DNA of 64,000 nt from positions 12,777,185-12,841,184 of the forward strand of contig JAUZTB010000069.1 of NCBI GenBank assembly GCA_034780895.1, in the 5' to 3' direction. The translations under genes were made by a program, and so were the position numbers. Source of the DNA: Rhynchobatus australiae (Eukaryota). Positions 14,262 to 28,163 of this stretch are shown here, in pieces. How positions within the stretch are numbered: the first letter of the stretch is position 1; each line of letters begins with the position of its first letter. A model generated the notes under the pieces. The model did not search any database. It saw nothing but the letters and a program-made list of their open reading frames with translations, and had not been told where the DNA came from.

Positions 14262-14852
14262 GTCCAGTTGCCTGCCATTTTAATTTCCCATCTCCCGCTC
14301 TGTCTTATCTGCACTGTTACAATGAAGTCCAACACCAGCCTGAGCAACAACACCTCAGCTTCCATCTGGGCCCTCTGCAGCCTTCCAGACTCAGTATTGA
14401 ATGTAAGTAACTCACTCTTTCTTTATGTCAGTATTAATACTGGCATTCCTGCTGTCATCATTTTGGCTCACAGAGACATTATCCCCTCCTCTTACTGTTC
14501 TCCTCTGACCACCATCCCTTCCTTGTATGGTTCCACTCATCACCTTCCTTCCTTATCATATTCCAGAACCTGCAGCCCTTTGTTGTCTCCACTTACCACC
14601 TCCCAGCCTCTGTCGCTATCCCCACTCTTCCTGCCCTTACCTGGTCCCATTTGCCCATCAACCCCTTCTCACCTGAATCCATCTATTGCTTGCCAGCTCC
14701 TGCTCACCCCTCCCCCTTACCTCTTTGTACTGGCTATCCTCCCTCTTCCTTCTCGGTCCTGATGCAGAGTCTCGACACAAAATGTCGATTATCCCTCTGC
14801 CTCCACAGATGCTGCCTGGCCCGCTGAGTTCTTCCAGCAATTTGTTTTTTTT
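14262..14852 (+). mobile_element. Penelope-like element 3' end (GIY-YIG C-terminal remnant, pyrimidine-rich tract, terminal repeat with degenerate hammerhead)
   Basis: Degenerate PVACHFN...EQQHLSFHLGPLQPSRLSIE motif, then the tail cctgatgcagagtctcgacacaaaatgtcga...agatgctgcctggcccgctgagttcttccagc. Confidence 0.7.
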
Positions 14853-14861
14853 TATCATTTT

Positions 14862-14957
14862 GGCACAGTACATGCACCTATCTACATCAATGGTGCTGAG
14901 GTCGAGAGGGTTGAGAGCTTCAAGTTCCTGGGAGTGAACATCACCAACAGCCTGTCC
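14862..14957 (+). mobile_element. Rex1/Babar-like LINE ORF2 fragment
   Basis: Translates as HAPIYINGAEVERVESFKFLGVNITNSLS and runs into a gap. Confidence 0.7.
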
Positions 14958-15057
14958 NNNNNNNNNNNNNNNNNNNNNNNNNNNNNNNNNNNNNNNNNNN
15001 NNNNNNNNNNNNNNNNNNNNNNNNNNNNNNNNNNNNNNNNNNNNNNNNNNNNNNNNN

Positions 15058-15482
15058 ATGCCTCTTATCATCTTGTACACCTCTATCAAGTCACCTCTCA
15101 TCCTCCTTCACTCCAAAGAGAAAAGCCCTAGCTCCCTCAACCTATCCTCATAAGACATGCTCTCCAATCCAGGCAGCATCCTGGTAATTCTCCTCTGCAC
15201 CCTTTCTAAAGCTTCCACATACTTCCTATAATGAGCTGACCAAAATTGAACACAATACTCCAAGTGTAGTCTAACCAGAGTTCTGTAGAGCTGCAACCTC
15301 ACCTCGATGCTCTTGACCTCAGTACCCCGACTAGTGAAGGCCAACACGCCATACACCTTCTTAACAACCCTATCGACCTGCGTGGTAACCTTGAGGGATC
15401 TATGGACGTGGACCCCAAGATCCCTCTGTTCCTCCACACTGCTAAGCATCCTGCCATTAACCTTATATTCTGCCTTCAAATT
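15058..15482 (-). mobile_element. CR1 LINE ORF2 3' fragment
   Basis: ORF 15108..15512 gives EEQRDLGVHVHRSLK...[18 protein letters not shown]...LERVQRR. Same subfamily as 13159-13668. Confidence 0.9.
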
Positions 15483-18400
15483 TGGTACTAACACGAATCC
15501 TTTGTATTCCAAGTCTAAATTTTATTATTTTCAAGGGTTTTATGACTGTGTCATATTGCTGCAGGCAAGCACTTATGATGCATTTTTTCCAATGTACAGT
15601 AATCTGCATACTGAATTGAACTTTCTAGGCAAAAATGCAAGAAAAGCACAGCCTCAGCTCTTTCCTCTTGCAAACTGATCATCTATAAGTTGTTGGTAAC
15701 CCAGGCAAACATCACACAGGCGTTTGTTCATCTACCTCATTACCAACCCTATAACCACATTTGGAATGGGGATCAAATCCCTAGGTTGGGCATCAGGGGC
15801 ACTCCTTATGATTTTCAATCCAGAAGTTAATGAATATACCCATAACTTTCAAATAGACATTGGGGACAATTACCCATTCTTTATTCAGAACATTACCCCA
15901 TTCTATGGCAAGTAAAGGAATAATGAAGTACTAATGCCGATAAGATTCCCCCCTCAGCACTTGTAGAGAGCAACCAAAATAATTCACTGCCACATCTTCT
16001 GCAATATCACCTACAACTATTCGATAACTAGATAGAAAAGAAAAACATACAGTATAATTTAAAATGTCATAACATCATGACATTCTTAGCAAATAAGAAA
16101 GTAAATAGTGTAGTGGCACATCAAACCACATTTCTGGCAGTTGAGTCAACCAATAATTATTTAAATCACATACACAGCTATTAATTTTCTACTCTGGTGT
16201 ATTTATATATTGACATGAAAATCTTTTTAAAACATTAGAAAATGGATAGTGATTTTTCATAATTCCTAAACACCCAAATGCAAATTTTGGAGAATATTTT
16301 GATTCCTTGAAAACATGGGAAGAATTAAATGTTCATTGATTCTTCCACAATACAGAGCAGAGATTTACAGAATGATTGCTCCCAAGGTCAGTTTTTGAAG
16401 AAACAGCTAATAGGAGTCTAAATCCACCAAGGGCAAAGAAGAGAATTAACTTAGAATCTTGATTACAATATATTCTAGTGACTCCTTTTGGAGGCTACAC
16501 ATTGGTTTCAATATTTACTTCTGTGAGTCACATCATAAACAGAACTTATGTCCATCTGCATTATCATATTGAGTTGTGGTTCTCATAATCAAAGCTGCCA
16601 GCATTAATTGCCTTGGCTGACAAATGGCTTACATTTACCCACCATGTAAGAAAACAGGAAATAAAAAATAAAAATCATAGCCAGACTCGATGATATCAAC
16701 AATTAACACCTTATATTTTCAGCATCAGGAGTAGGAAACCTCAGCTGATTTTTTTTTAAAAGATCAATATATTTGCCTTATACTGACTTTACTTAAAAGG
16801 TAGGATATCTCAATCCACTTCTTATTCAATGAGTGATTTACAAAGCTTGACCAGCATTTGGAAACACAGCAACAGACTTCTGCTCAGATAGAAAATTAAA
16901 ACCCATGGCCAATCTGAGATGGACCTGGGCCTGAAGCTTTAACTCACCATTGCTGTCCAGAACCACAGCCTAGTCACTTAGTCCACACAACCCAGCACTG
17001 CGGGGCCTTTGTACAGCCTTCACTAAAAGGTAATGGTAAATATTTCTACAGCAGTGCGTTAATTTGTTTGAGGTCCTGAACTTTAGCACACTCATTTACA
17101 AAGAGCCTGACTAGCTCAATCTGGAGGACTAGTAACATTTGTCCAAAGAAGACCCAAATACATAGTTGGGTCCCTTTGGTCTTGGGTTGATCGCCACGCT
17201 CTGTACAGACGAAACTAGCACCAAGCAACATCACAGACTCCAGGATAATATCTGAGTTTAATAGAAGTTACAATGATGGAGAGTGGTTTGGGATTTAGCC
17301 AATTTACCTTCCAAATATTGCGTGGAGGTTAGCTGCACCTTTCCTCTGAGATAAACATCTGGGGCAGCTTTTATAGGAACAGCTCCAAGGCTATTTGAAC
17401 TGCTGAATTAGATCATGGCAGATCTATACCTTAAGCCCATTTTTTCATCTTTGGTCTGTATCTTCACCCTTACTCAACACAAATCTACCAATCTTAGTTT
17501 TAAGAGCATCACTTGACCTTGCATCTACAGTCTCTGAGGAAAAGTATTCCAAATTTCTTATGTTCTTTGAAGTTCTTCTCTCATTTCAATAACCAATCCC
17601 TTAATTAAAAGTTTGCCCTTTTGTTCTGTCTTTCACCAATAGTTTTTACTAGCCAACATGATGCTTTTATCTTTTAAATACCTTGATAGATCACCCCACA
17701 ATCATTCATACTCTAGGAAAACAAGCCAAGTTTATTCAAACTGGACATAATTTAAATCTTGAATGCAACAACTCTTTTGATTCTGAAGTACAAGTCAGTA
17801 TGTCACTGAAGTACTCCAGGTGGGAATACTGACATGTAAATAAAAGAAGTGGATTTGATTGAACCAACCTTCTCATTCAATCCTTTCTCATGTATCAATG
17901 TTCATTATCTTAAAGTTAGCTTCCATCTAGCTTTTTACAGCTGATTCCCTTATAGCTGTCATTCCTTTAAATGTTATTAATCAGCTGCTAATGCCCCCGA
18001 AAGCTTGCTGTCAACAATCTGATGACACATGGTCCACAATCAATAATGTTACAACAAAAGAAACAGAATTATTTAATAATTCAATGTGGAAATAATTCCA
18101 CATTCCAAAGACGTACGGGTAGGTTAACATGGATTTAAAAATGGGCGGAGTGGACTCATTGGGCCGAAAGGGCTTGTTACCACGCTGTAAATAATTTTTT
18201 TAAAATTTAAAACAGCACAAGGTAAGAATTAGCCAAAAACTGGATCTTTTGAACTCGCAGAAAACTAGCGCAAAGTTTCAGCTGATCACAAATTGTGAGA
18301 AAATTATTCCCATTATTTCTCTGGTTTATTCACCTGAACTCTGTGAACTTGGTGCTCTACACTCACACTATGATTCTTCTTTGGGATGCATTGGCAATAT

Positions 18401-19199
18401 ATTATCCACCACTTCAGCTTAGTTAATCATCTTTCTTTTTAATAAACTTCAACTCAAACTGCATTCACCATACAAGCCAGATGTTACATCATTTCTTATC
18501 AATAATGTTCATTCTTTGTCTGACTCAGCATGACTTATCCTTGGCATTTGCAATCATGTCAACCAGTTTGTCTCAACTAACNNNNNNNNNNNNNNNNNNN
18601 NNNNNNNNNNNNNNNNNNNNNNNNNNNNNNNNNNNNNNNNNNNNNNNNNNNNNNNNNNNNNNNNNNNNNNNNNNATCACTTTTACTAAAACCTCAAGAGC
18701 TTGAAAATATTGCAAAGTTAAAATAAATAGTATTTATTAAGCATCTTAAGAAATGGAGTAATGAATATCCAAAAGTAATTACAATTAATATAGTCAAAAT
18801 AGTACATAGAATAATGTATACTTTACAGTGAATTATAAGCTATAATCAAATCACAGACCTCATACAGTTTTATACTGGAGTGGGGTGGAGGAATACCCAA
18901 GAAAGACTACAATGAAATGCACATATTGAAGGCTACAGCTGCTAAACAAGAGAACCAAAGCATGAACATTTTATACTAATCAACTGAAATTACAGCCATT
19001 GTTACTTTCTATTGCTTAAACTTCACAGCCAAGACATTCTAGTGCACCCAGTCAGTTGTTCTAATGTCAGCAGCGCAGACTGAGAAATTAAATATTCTAT
19101 ATTTGTTGCATTCCAAATTTTAGTTACAAAACAAATCACAGAACAACATGCACTTTATAGTTGTTTAAAACAATAAACTTCATAAAAAAACAAAAATCG

Positions 19200-20005
19200 A
19201 AACAACTAACTCCAAGCCACAGAAGGAGATGCTGGGTCAGTTGACCCAAAGGGTGGTCAAAGTAGTACATTTTCAGGAGCATCTTTTGATGGAGGGACCT
19301 TGAGACATTTGGCGGGGGACTTCAAAGTCCAAGGCCTAGTGGAACAAATAAAATCAGGGATGCCCAAGGCCAGAATGAGAGACCAGATCATTGCAGGCTG
19401 CAGAGGTTACAGAAACAGAGAGGGGCAAGGACATGGAGAATTTCAAAACATGGATTAGAATTTTGCTGGACTGGTAGTCAATGTTGGCCAGCGGGTACAG
19501 GGATGTTGGATGAATGGGNNNNNNNNNNNNNNNNNNNNNNNNNNNNNNNNNNNNNNNNNNNNNNNNNNNNNNNNNNNNNNNNNNNNNNNNNNNNNNNNNN
19601 NNNNNNNNNNNNNNNNNNTTGGATGAATGGGACTGGGGTGAGTTAGGAAACAGAATTTTGGAAGACTTCCTAGTTTATGGAAAATGGAAAATGTCAGCCA
19701 GCCTAGTAAGCAAAGCAATAGTCAAGTATAGAGGCAGCAAAGGCATAGATGAGAGTTTCAATAGCAGACGAGCTGAGACAGAGATGGGTGATGTTACTGA
19801 AATGGAAGCAGGTGGCCTTGTGATGGAGCAGCTATGTGGTCAGAAGGTCATCACAGGGTCAAATATGACCAAGGTTGCGAGCAGTCTAGTTCAGCCTGAG
19901 GCAAGTGACCAAGAAAGAAAGGTTGCTGGTAAGGGAACAAAGTTTGTGGAGGGAATTCTGAAGACAAATGCTTCAGTCTTCCCAGTATTCAGTTGGAGGA
20001 AATTA
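19200..20005 (-). mobile_element. L2 LINE 3' fragment (old)
   Basis: Purine-rich sequence resembling the reverse strand of L2 3' regions. Similar to 52310-53090 and antiparallel to 36330-37060. Confidence 0.55.
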
Positions 20006-21914
20006 AAATTTTATAGGATACTTTAAATAGATGGAGGGAGAGGGACATCTAACTCAGACTTTAAAGTAAAAATGCAAAATTATTGTAGATGAAAACATTC
20101 TGTGTGCAATTTTAGTTTCTGCAATTGCTAATCAAGTTGTAAGGAGCTAAATGTTTGACCCTTCTGTAGAATATTTGCCATGGGATGTTAAAATTTGATA
20201 TAACAGCACAAATCGCATTTAGGTAAATTATATTAGTCATACAATTACACATTAGGACCATNNNNNNNNNNNNNNNNNNNNNNNNNNNNNNNNNNNNNNN
20301 NNNNNNNNNNNNNNNNNNNNNNNNNNNNNNNNNNNNNNNNNNNNNNNNNNNNNNNNNNNNNNNNNNNNNNNNNNNNNNNNNNNNNNNNNNNNNNNNNNNN
20401 NNNNNNNNNNNNNNNNNNNNNNNNNNNNNNNNNNNNNNNNNNNNNNNNNNNNNNNNNNNNNNNNNNATGATTTTCCCCCAAAGTGTTTTCTTTTGGATCA
20501 TGGATACAAGAAGGTCAGCAAACCGATAAACCAACAGGACACTTGCGATATCTTTCTGAAGTAACAAAAAGAAAATTGGTGGCTCCATCCCAGTCCTCTT
20601 AATCGAGACTACAGGGACCAGTTTAACTGTGTAGCTTATATTCAGTTGCCTTTGGTGACAATAGAACTGTCTAAGTGTGTTAGTATATTATTAGCTGAAT
20701 GCAAATACAAAGATGTGAGCCAATAACATTTAAAATCACAGCAGGCTGCTAGGTCCATGGATGGTATTGAATGGTTTCCCCGTCATAAAGAAATAACACA
20801 GGAGTACAAGAAAATATTGACAAATTCAAATATTATCAACTAGAAGAGCTGCTTACTGTCACTTGAACCAAGCCAAGAACTTCACTGTTGACATTTCTAC
20901 CCATGATTTTATGCAAAAGACATCAAGAATAATGTGGTTGTGTTATTTGACATGATCACTGAAGATTTAAGTAGTGATTACAGGAACTTAATCTGCAGTG
21001 GAAGGAAATCACACCACTGACTCTTCCCAAGTCTTTTCATGTACAAGTTTCATGTTCTCTCAAAAGCCTTGTCTGTCCTCTTGTGGTTCTTAACCATTAC
21101 TGCAAACATGTTAGCTTTGCAGTATTTTAACACCAGTAAAGGATTGTCTCTTATGTAAACCATGGGTGTATGGTGACAATTTTGATGGTTATTTGTTAAT
21201 ATTATAAAGAATAACCTATTAGACTAAACAAGCAAGTTGATTATTTACACACTAGCTCAATTAGCACCAAAGGAAATTGTTAAAAATGTTAAAACAGTAG
21301 CTTGGCATTGTAAGTAATGACAATTAATTTAGATTGGTACATACATTAAACAGACATCTCTAGAGGCATCTCTGCATAAAGAGGGCTTTCCAATACTTGC
21401 ACTGAGAATACCTTGACAATTCTATTAATGGTGCAGAAGTCTACCAGCCTGGGTGGACAGATACCATCAATAGGTTCACTGCATTTAAGTTAGTACCAAT
21501 GGAGCCAATTTAGTGGGATAAAAGTGCCAGTTCAGGTAGGTCTTGGCTACAATACTTGAACTGAATCCATGTATAGCTATTCTACATTATGGCTCCAATG
21601 CCATTTTCTCAGATTTAAAATATTTGATTTTGATTAGACTGTTAGAGGTTTCAATGAACACAGTAACATATTTGCAATTGCAGATAACATCAGAGATGAA
21701 ATAACAAGGGAAAACATGCAACGTGGAACACAAAATCAGATCATTATGGCACAAAAACAAATGCTGGAAGAACAAAATGATTGCAGCCTGCCTTCTGTGT
21801 TATGTATCCTGACTGACCCGTGTATTTCTGACATGAGACACAGTACCTTGGAGAGTTACTGAATCCAACGTGTGAAGCTCCACATACCCACATCATATTT
21901 CCTTATGATACAAG

Positions 21915-22210
21915 GGGAAGCCATTTGACCACCCAAATCCATACCAGCTCACAGGACAATTCTATCCCCCAGTATTTTTCCCTCTAACCTATTCTCCTCA
22001 CATTCCCATCAATTGTACCACCCATCTCCATTAGTTGCAATTTACAGTGGACAATTATCCTATATTGGGAGGAAATACCCAGATTAAATCCGTGCCATCA
22101 AAGAAAACACATGCAAACTCCACAGAGACAGCACTCAAGGTCAGGATCGAACCCAGGTCACTGGAGCTGTGAGATAGCAGCTTTAACAGCTGCACCACTG
22201 TGCTACCCAT
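21915..22210 (-). mobile_element. tRNA-derived V-SINE (HE1-like), degenerate
   Basis: The reverse strand has a tRNA-like head (gtggtgcag...gggttcgatcc) and the V-domain gtggagtttgcatgt, ending in a CR1-like tail. Confidence 0.7.
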
Positions 22211-24099
22211 GTTTGGATTTATGACTCTCTTCATGCAGTAACTTAAATGGAGAGCAGCTAATCCCATTTGTGGATGGTTTGAGGACCACCGATTCAAAAT
22301 TATGGGCAAAAGACAAACATGAAAATCAATTTATCTGCCCACAATGAACTGAGATTCAATAATTGCTCGGATGGTAGAAACTGTTATTAGGTATTTTGGG
22401 AAAGCACTGGATTTACACCCAAGGGAAAATCATTGTAGGACTATGGAAAAATAGCCAGGAAAGGGGAGTGAATGGAGAGGTCAGGTGTGACGTCTGTGGA
22501 CTGAATAACTTCCTTCTACGCAGTGACAATTCACTGTACAGCCAGTTTTTGATGCACAGTTGGTAGTAGCTCCATAATTTAAAGGTAAGACCTGGAGCAT
22601 CTTGGTTATCAGAAGATCTTGCTCACAACTAACTTTAAATGGGCTTGGCAATTTACCTTGTTACAGCCACACATCAGAAGCCAAGAGCACCAAATTAACA
22701 AACAACCTGTGGCAGCTTAAAACTGCAACTACCACTCCCTCGCATTTCCAATTCCCTCAAGTTAGTACACTAAATCATAGCATCCAAAAGGCTTATTTGC
22801 CCAATATTCAACAACTAAATTTAATTGAAAGTGCTAGGCATTGATATTTTTGCAATTATTTGATCTTAGTAGCAGCAGAATTTATGATTTCATTCACTTC
22901 TTCCAAACTAGAATAAACAACCCGAGTTGGAATGTAAATGGTGAAAAAAAAACTTTCCTGTCAAATTTGGCAAAATCATATTTTCACCTTCCCCATCCAT
23001 ACCCCCAGACCCCACCCAAAGGAGTTCTGCAAGTTCCTAGTCTTATTATAAAGCAAGATCTGCTGAAAGTATAGCTTTCAATTACCGTTTTTAAAAAGAA
23101 GTTTTAAATTTGTGTAATACAAATTGCCCAGCTGATTTTACCCAAGGAATGATGGTGCAAGGCTGGTAGCCAAATGGTCTGAGATTTGTCCAAAGATCTG
23201 TACAACTTCCCTAGAAGCCCAATAATCACTCAAAAGGTCAGGTAATAGCTGTAGACAGAAAGGCCAGCAGAACACATCAGGTGTGTTCTGATGGAAGACC
23301 TGCATCTAAATCTTGAACTTGCCTTTTTGTTGACCTGATGGTGATGTGCTGTGCACTTAGCACTTCATGCTTTTGGTTCAGGTTTCCAGCACTTGCAGGC
23401 TCCTTTGACCCCTTTTATCAATCAAGATGTAGAGTTGTGTTTCAAAATGTCATTTCTTTACAATAGCCATTTTTATTCTTTGCAGCGTTAATGGAAATTA
23501 AAAAGCAAAAGGCAGAGAAATCTGCCGCTGGTCATTAGCATGAGTATTAGTTGGCATTTGTACCCATCGCTGACTTCAGTGCAAAGAAGCCAAACTTGTG
23601 CCCGGTGACACCCGCACTCATTTAGCGCCAGCTGCACACCTTTATTCAAACACTTGCTGCTCCTTAGAGCTACCAAAGTTTTCCTTCCCAAGAAGTGTCG
23701 TAAAAGCAAGAATGTGTAATTCCCAGGTCTAAGTATGGTCCCACCTATTCTGTATGTTACAGAGCTAGTGTCTCTGGCCTCCTGGGGCAGCTGGGTGCCC
23801 AAGCAACCTGGGCACTCAACTGTCCCAGCTGTTCACTTCATTTAAAGGAAGTGAACTTTAAATGAAGTCAACAAGCTGCTTCAGACTGCAAGCTAGAAGA
23901 ATCTGCCTGCGTGGTCTACAGCTCGATGGTATGAACACTGAGTCTTCCAATTTCAGTTAACCCACTCCCCCTGTGTTCCTTCCTCACTCCTACCAGTCCA
24001 CCTAGGTTCTGTCTCACTTGTTCACCTTTCCCATTTCCATCCGCTCATAACACACACACCCATTCACCTGGGTTTCCTCTCCCCGGTCACNNNNNNNNN

Positions 24100-24302
24100 N
24101 TCTCTATCCCTTTCCTCTCTCCTCCCAATCAGCTCAGTTCCTCTTATGCCAACCTTATCCTCACTCCAGCCCCTTCACTCTTTATACTGGCTACCTCCCC
24201 TCTTTCTTTCAGTCCAGATGAAGGATCTCAACCTGAAATGCTGACTGTCAATTTCCCTCCTGCCTGACCTGCTCAGTTCTTCCAGTGATTTATTTTTTGC
24301 TG
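24100..24302 (+). mobile_element. Penelope-derived terminal repeat with degenerate hammerhead
   Basis: cagtc-cagatga-aggatctcaacct-gaaa-tgct-gactg followed by cctgacctgctcagttcttccag. Confidence 0.65.
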
Positions 24303-26866
24303 CCAATAATTCCCACAATTTCTTTTGTGTCAAACTTTGAGAGGCCCAGCAGAGGGAATTTATCCCAGGATACTGGCCCTGCAACCTTTGGATTCTATGC
24401 TGATAAATAATTTTGATGAAGCTTTTAGCTTCAGCCCTATATTACAGATTTATAAATTACTCACAAGTACCCTCTATCCTATACACATGATAAAAATACA
24501 TCGCAAGTGACTTCCAACAGACAGTGCAAATTCAATGCATTATATTTCCTCTAAATTGGGTAGTGTTGGTATTTGAATGGTATGTGCTCATTAAGAACAA
24601 GGATCTCCTGCAAACTGTTCTGAGATTTTGCTTTAAATACCAGTGCATACCTGTTGGTTGTCATGCATGTAAAGCACAGCTCTTGGCAAATGGGCCAAAA
24701 ACACACAACTACATCTGCTATGCCTGTGTGACGTTTGGATTCTTCCACACTAGGTAAGATTCTGATCTCTCCAAGTGAAACTGCCAGGTTGAGGGAGTCT
24801 GGTGTCTAGAACACACCAACTGCAACTCGACCAACATTTACTGAATGTTTTAAATCTAAAAGATNNNNNNNNNNNNNNNNNNNNNNNNNNNNNNNNNNNN
24901 NNNNNNNNNNNNNNNNNNNNNNNNNNNNNNNNNNNNNNNNNNNNNNNNNNNNNNNNNNNNNNNNNNNNNNNNNNNNNNNNNNNNNNNNNNNNNNNNNNNN
25001 NNNNNNNNNNNNNNNNNNNNNNNNNNNNNNNNNNNNNNNNNNNNNNNNNNNNNNNNNNNNNNNNNNNNNNNNNNNNNNNNNNNNNNNNNNNNNNNNNNNN
25101 NNNNNNNNNNNNNNNNNNNNNNNNNNNNNNNNNNNNNNNNNNNNNNNNNNNNNNNNNNNNNNNNNNNNNNNNNNNNNNNNNNNNNNNNNNNNNNNNNNNN
25201 NNNNNNNNNNNNNNNNNNNNNNNNNNNNNNNNNNNNNNNNNNNNNNNNNNNNNNNNNNNNNNNNNNNNNNNNNNNNNNNNNNNNNNNNNNNNNNNNNNNN
25301 NNNNNNNNNNNNNNNNNNNNNNNNNNNNNNNNNNNNNNNNNNNNNNNNNNNNNNNNNNNNNNNNNNNNNNNNNNNNNNNNNNNNNNNNNNNNNNNNNNNN
25401 NNNNNNNNNNNNNNNNNNNNNNNNNNNNNNNNNNNNNNNNNNNNNNNNNNNNNNNNNNNNNNNNNNNNNNNNNNNNNNNNNNNNNNNNNNNNNNNNNNNN
25501 NNNNNNNNNNNNNNNNNNNNNNNNNNNNNNNNNNNNNNNNNNNNNNNNNNNNNNNNNNNNNNNNNNNNNNNNNNNNNNNNNNNNNNNNNNNNNNNNNNNN
25601 NNNNNNNNNNNNNNNNNNNNNNNNNNNNNNNNNNNNNNNNNNNNNNNNNNNNNNNNNNNNNNNNNNNNNNNNNNNNNNNNNNNNNNNNNNNNNNNNNNNN
25701 NNNNNNNNNNNNNNNNNNNNNNNNNNNNNNNNCGCTCACTTTTCCAAAAGGATTCCAAACATCCGCCTTTTCATTATTCACCCTTTACTCCAAGTAAAAA
25801 ACGCTTCAACCTCCTTTTAATAATGAACAAATACTTTGAATTTAGTTAAGTGTACCTGTTTTAGGTACAGCAACAATTTTATATACAAAGTTGTTTTTAA
25901 ACAAACGGTACTATTCATTCAGTTTCGCCTTCCTTTGGCACAATTTTCAATCTAAGACGGGCATCAGCTCATTGTTACTTTCATATTATTTATTTACTTT
26001 GATGATGCCTTGCATCATTTACCTTGACCTATCATCTTGGGACTATCATTACAGCAGAGCTGTGTTTTTTTTAAAAGGTATCTTGAACTTTGAAGACAAT
26101 ATGGCATCAGGTCAACTAAAATGACAACAAGATTTCCCATAAACCATTTGCCCATTATAAGATCTTTAAGCAATTGTTAAATTATTAGCTTTGAGGTTCA
26201 AAGTGGGATCATCTACCCCTTTCAAATTAACATCGATGAAGTAACAGGATTAGCTAAACTACAAGCAGAGCTCATCACTTGCTGAATCAGACATATGAAT
26301 CTATCTTGCTAGTAGATCTCAAAATTTGTTTTGTGCCAGGCTCGATTGTTTAAAATTATTCTTTTTAAGGTGGAACGAGAAAGTTCTCGACTCCCTCTCA
26401 ACAAAAGCGGAACTAAGACAAGGCATGCTCTTCACTTTCTAAAGTCAAACCAAGTCCTCTGGTACTCCAATCCCAGGTCTACAAGACTGCCCATCTAAAA
26501 AAAAGCTCCTTTTAAATATTATAAATGCCAGGCACCAGCACACAGAAACGGCACCTCCACAAAGGACCCTGTTCTGCCCTGATAAAAAAAAGCAGGACAT
26601 TTGATTCCAACAAAAATAATTTTTAGAAATCCACACCAAAGCAGTCAGCATTTAAAAACCCGATAGTTCTTCAGCTTTAGTAGTAACAAGGGCCCCAATC
26701 AGCCTGTTGTTCACCTGTTTCCCTTTCATATGCCATTTAGTCTATTTTGCACAGTCAATCTTTTCTATCATTATTGTTAGATGCAATTTCAAATTATTCT
26801 GGAAGCATTTGACTCTGGTATAACTACGGAAAGTATGATGCAATATATATGCAAACAAGTTCTCAC

Positions 26867-26923
26867 CTTAACTTCAGGATACAGAGCATAGCAAGTCAGT
26901 TCAAACCGGACCTGATCATTTCC
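26867..26923 (-). CDS. ASS1: ASS1 coding exon 4 (GNDQVRFELTCYALYPEVK), 57 nt
   Basis: Completes the ASS signature GATGKGNDQVRFE. CAG acceptor, GTGAG donor. Confidence 0.96.
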
Positions 26924-27816
26924 CTGAAAAGTAAATGAGTAAAGTTAAATACATTGAAAGCTGCAAATTCACACTCCTTCAGCCAGCACTGTCCACTTCC
27001 AACAGCTTCTCCAGTTTTTACTGTAAGTAAAGCATTCGGCTTGAAATCATTCTTGTGAATTTGGATAAACACTTAATGATTTGTCAACCCTGACCTCAGT
27101 TTGTTTTTCTTAAATGCAGATGGTAACGCTTTTACTGTAAAACGATTCATAGTGTCCATTAAAAGGGTGTGCAGAGAAATATCACTATGTCATTAAGGGT
27201 TAATTCACTGATCACCCCCAGAAGTCTAGGTTCTTTTGTACATGGAGAAAGGGACATCAGCAACTTTAATGCATTTGACGAAAATTACAAATGCTAACTT
27301 GCAGCAAAGAAAATATGACAGCATGTAGAAAATAGCACCTCGATGCCCAGCCTTGGGATTGGCCTCCAACCCATGCCTGTGGACTTTGAAGAAACATTTT
27401 TGACTTCTTCCCAACCTTCCCCCCCCCTCCCAAGTCTAAAATGTTACTCTATGTACTTTAGGAAACACCAGCAAACTTTGCATTGGCAATACCATTGTTA
27501 AAAGATGGGCAGTGGTCCCAAGTCACTTTAAGTGAAACTCATTCTCTTTTCCCAGTGTTGATGTCCTGGTAATTTTTCTCCCACACTAACCTTTGAGCAT
27601 GCATTCAACTCTCTGATTTTATTTTGCTTATCCATATACAATTGCATGCGACTCAGATGGCAATCCAGAGACCACTAACTCTGTAATTATGGTTTTTAAT
27701 CTGAACCCTAGCTACTCGTTCTCTCTCAGTAGGACCACATTCTTAGTCCTATCTACGTCCCCACATGGCTTATGACCCTCCCCTTGCAACTCTGCGGAGG
27801 CGTCCATAACCCTGGC

Positions 27817-28163
27817 AAAAAAAAAAGAGCTGCTGGAGGAACTCAGGGGGTCAGGCAAGGAAATGGAAAGTGGACGTTTTGGGTCGAGGCCCTTCATCTG
27901 GATTGAAGGAGTTGAGGGGGAGGGGTGGGGCAAGCGATAGGTGGAACCAGGTGAGGAGGGGTTGGTTGATAGGTGNNNNNNNNNNNNNNNNNNNNNNNNN
28001 NNNNNNNNNNNNNNNNNNNNNNNNNNNNNNNNNNNNNNNNNNNNNNNNNNNNNNNNNNNNNNNNNNNNNNNNNNNNNNNNNNNNNNNNNNNNNNNNNNNG
28101 GCAGGAAAGGAAGGTGGAGAGGAACCAAATTCCGTGAGTGTCTGCAGTCTCGTGTCTCCCTTC
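27817..28163 (-). mobile_element. Penelope-derived element inserted in CR1 ORF1
   Basis: gctgctggaggaactcag...gacgttttgggtcgaggcccttcatctgga, with an inverted tail tctgcagtctcgtgtctc on the other side. It interrupts the LPG|ARV codons exactly. Confidence 0.7.

Noticed and set aside
19505-19632. Direct repeat TTGGATGAATGG on both sides of a 100-N gap
   Set aside because: Most likely a contig-overlap artefact.
25733-25790. Donor-like GTGAG next to a gap, considered as the end of the missing 75-nt exon
   Set aside because: The upstream translation ADVWNPFGK does not resemble NDLMEYAK.
24750-25797. Long ORFs of 230-340 aa in the track (also 7689-8634 and 62805-63665)
   Set aside because: They consist almost entirely of X residues from N gaps.
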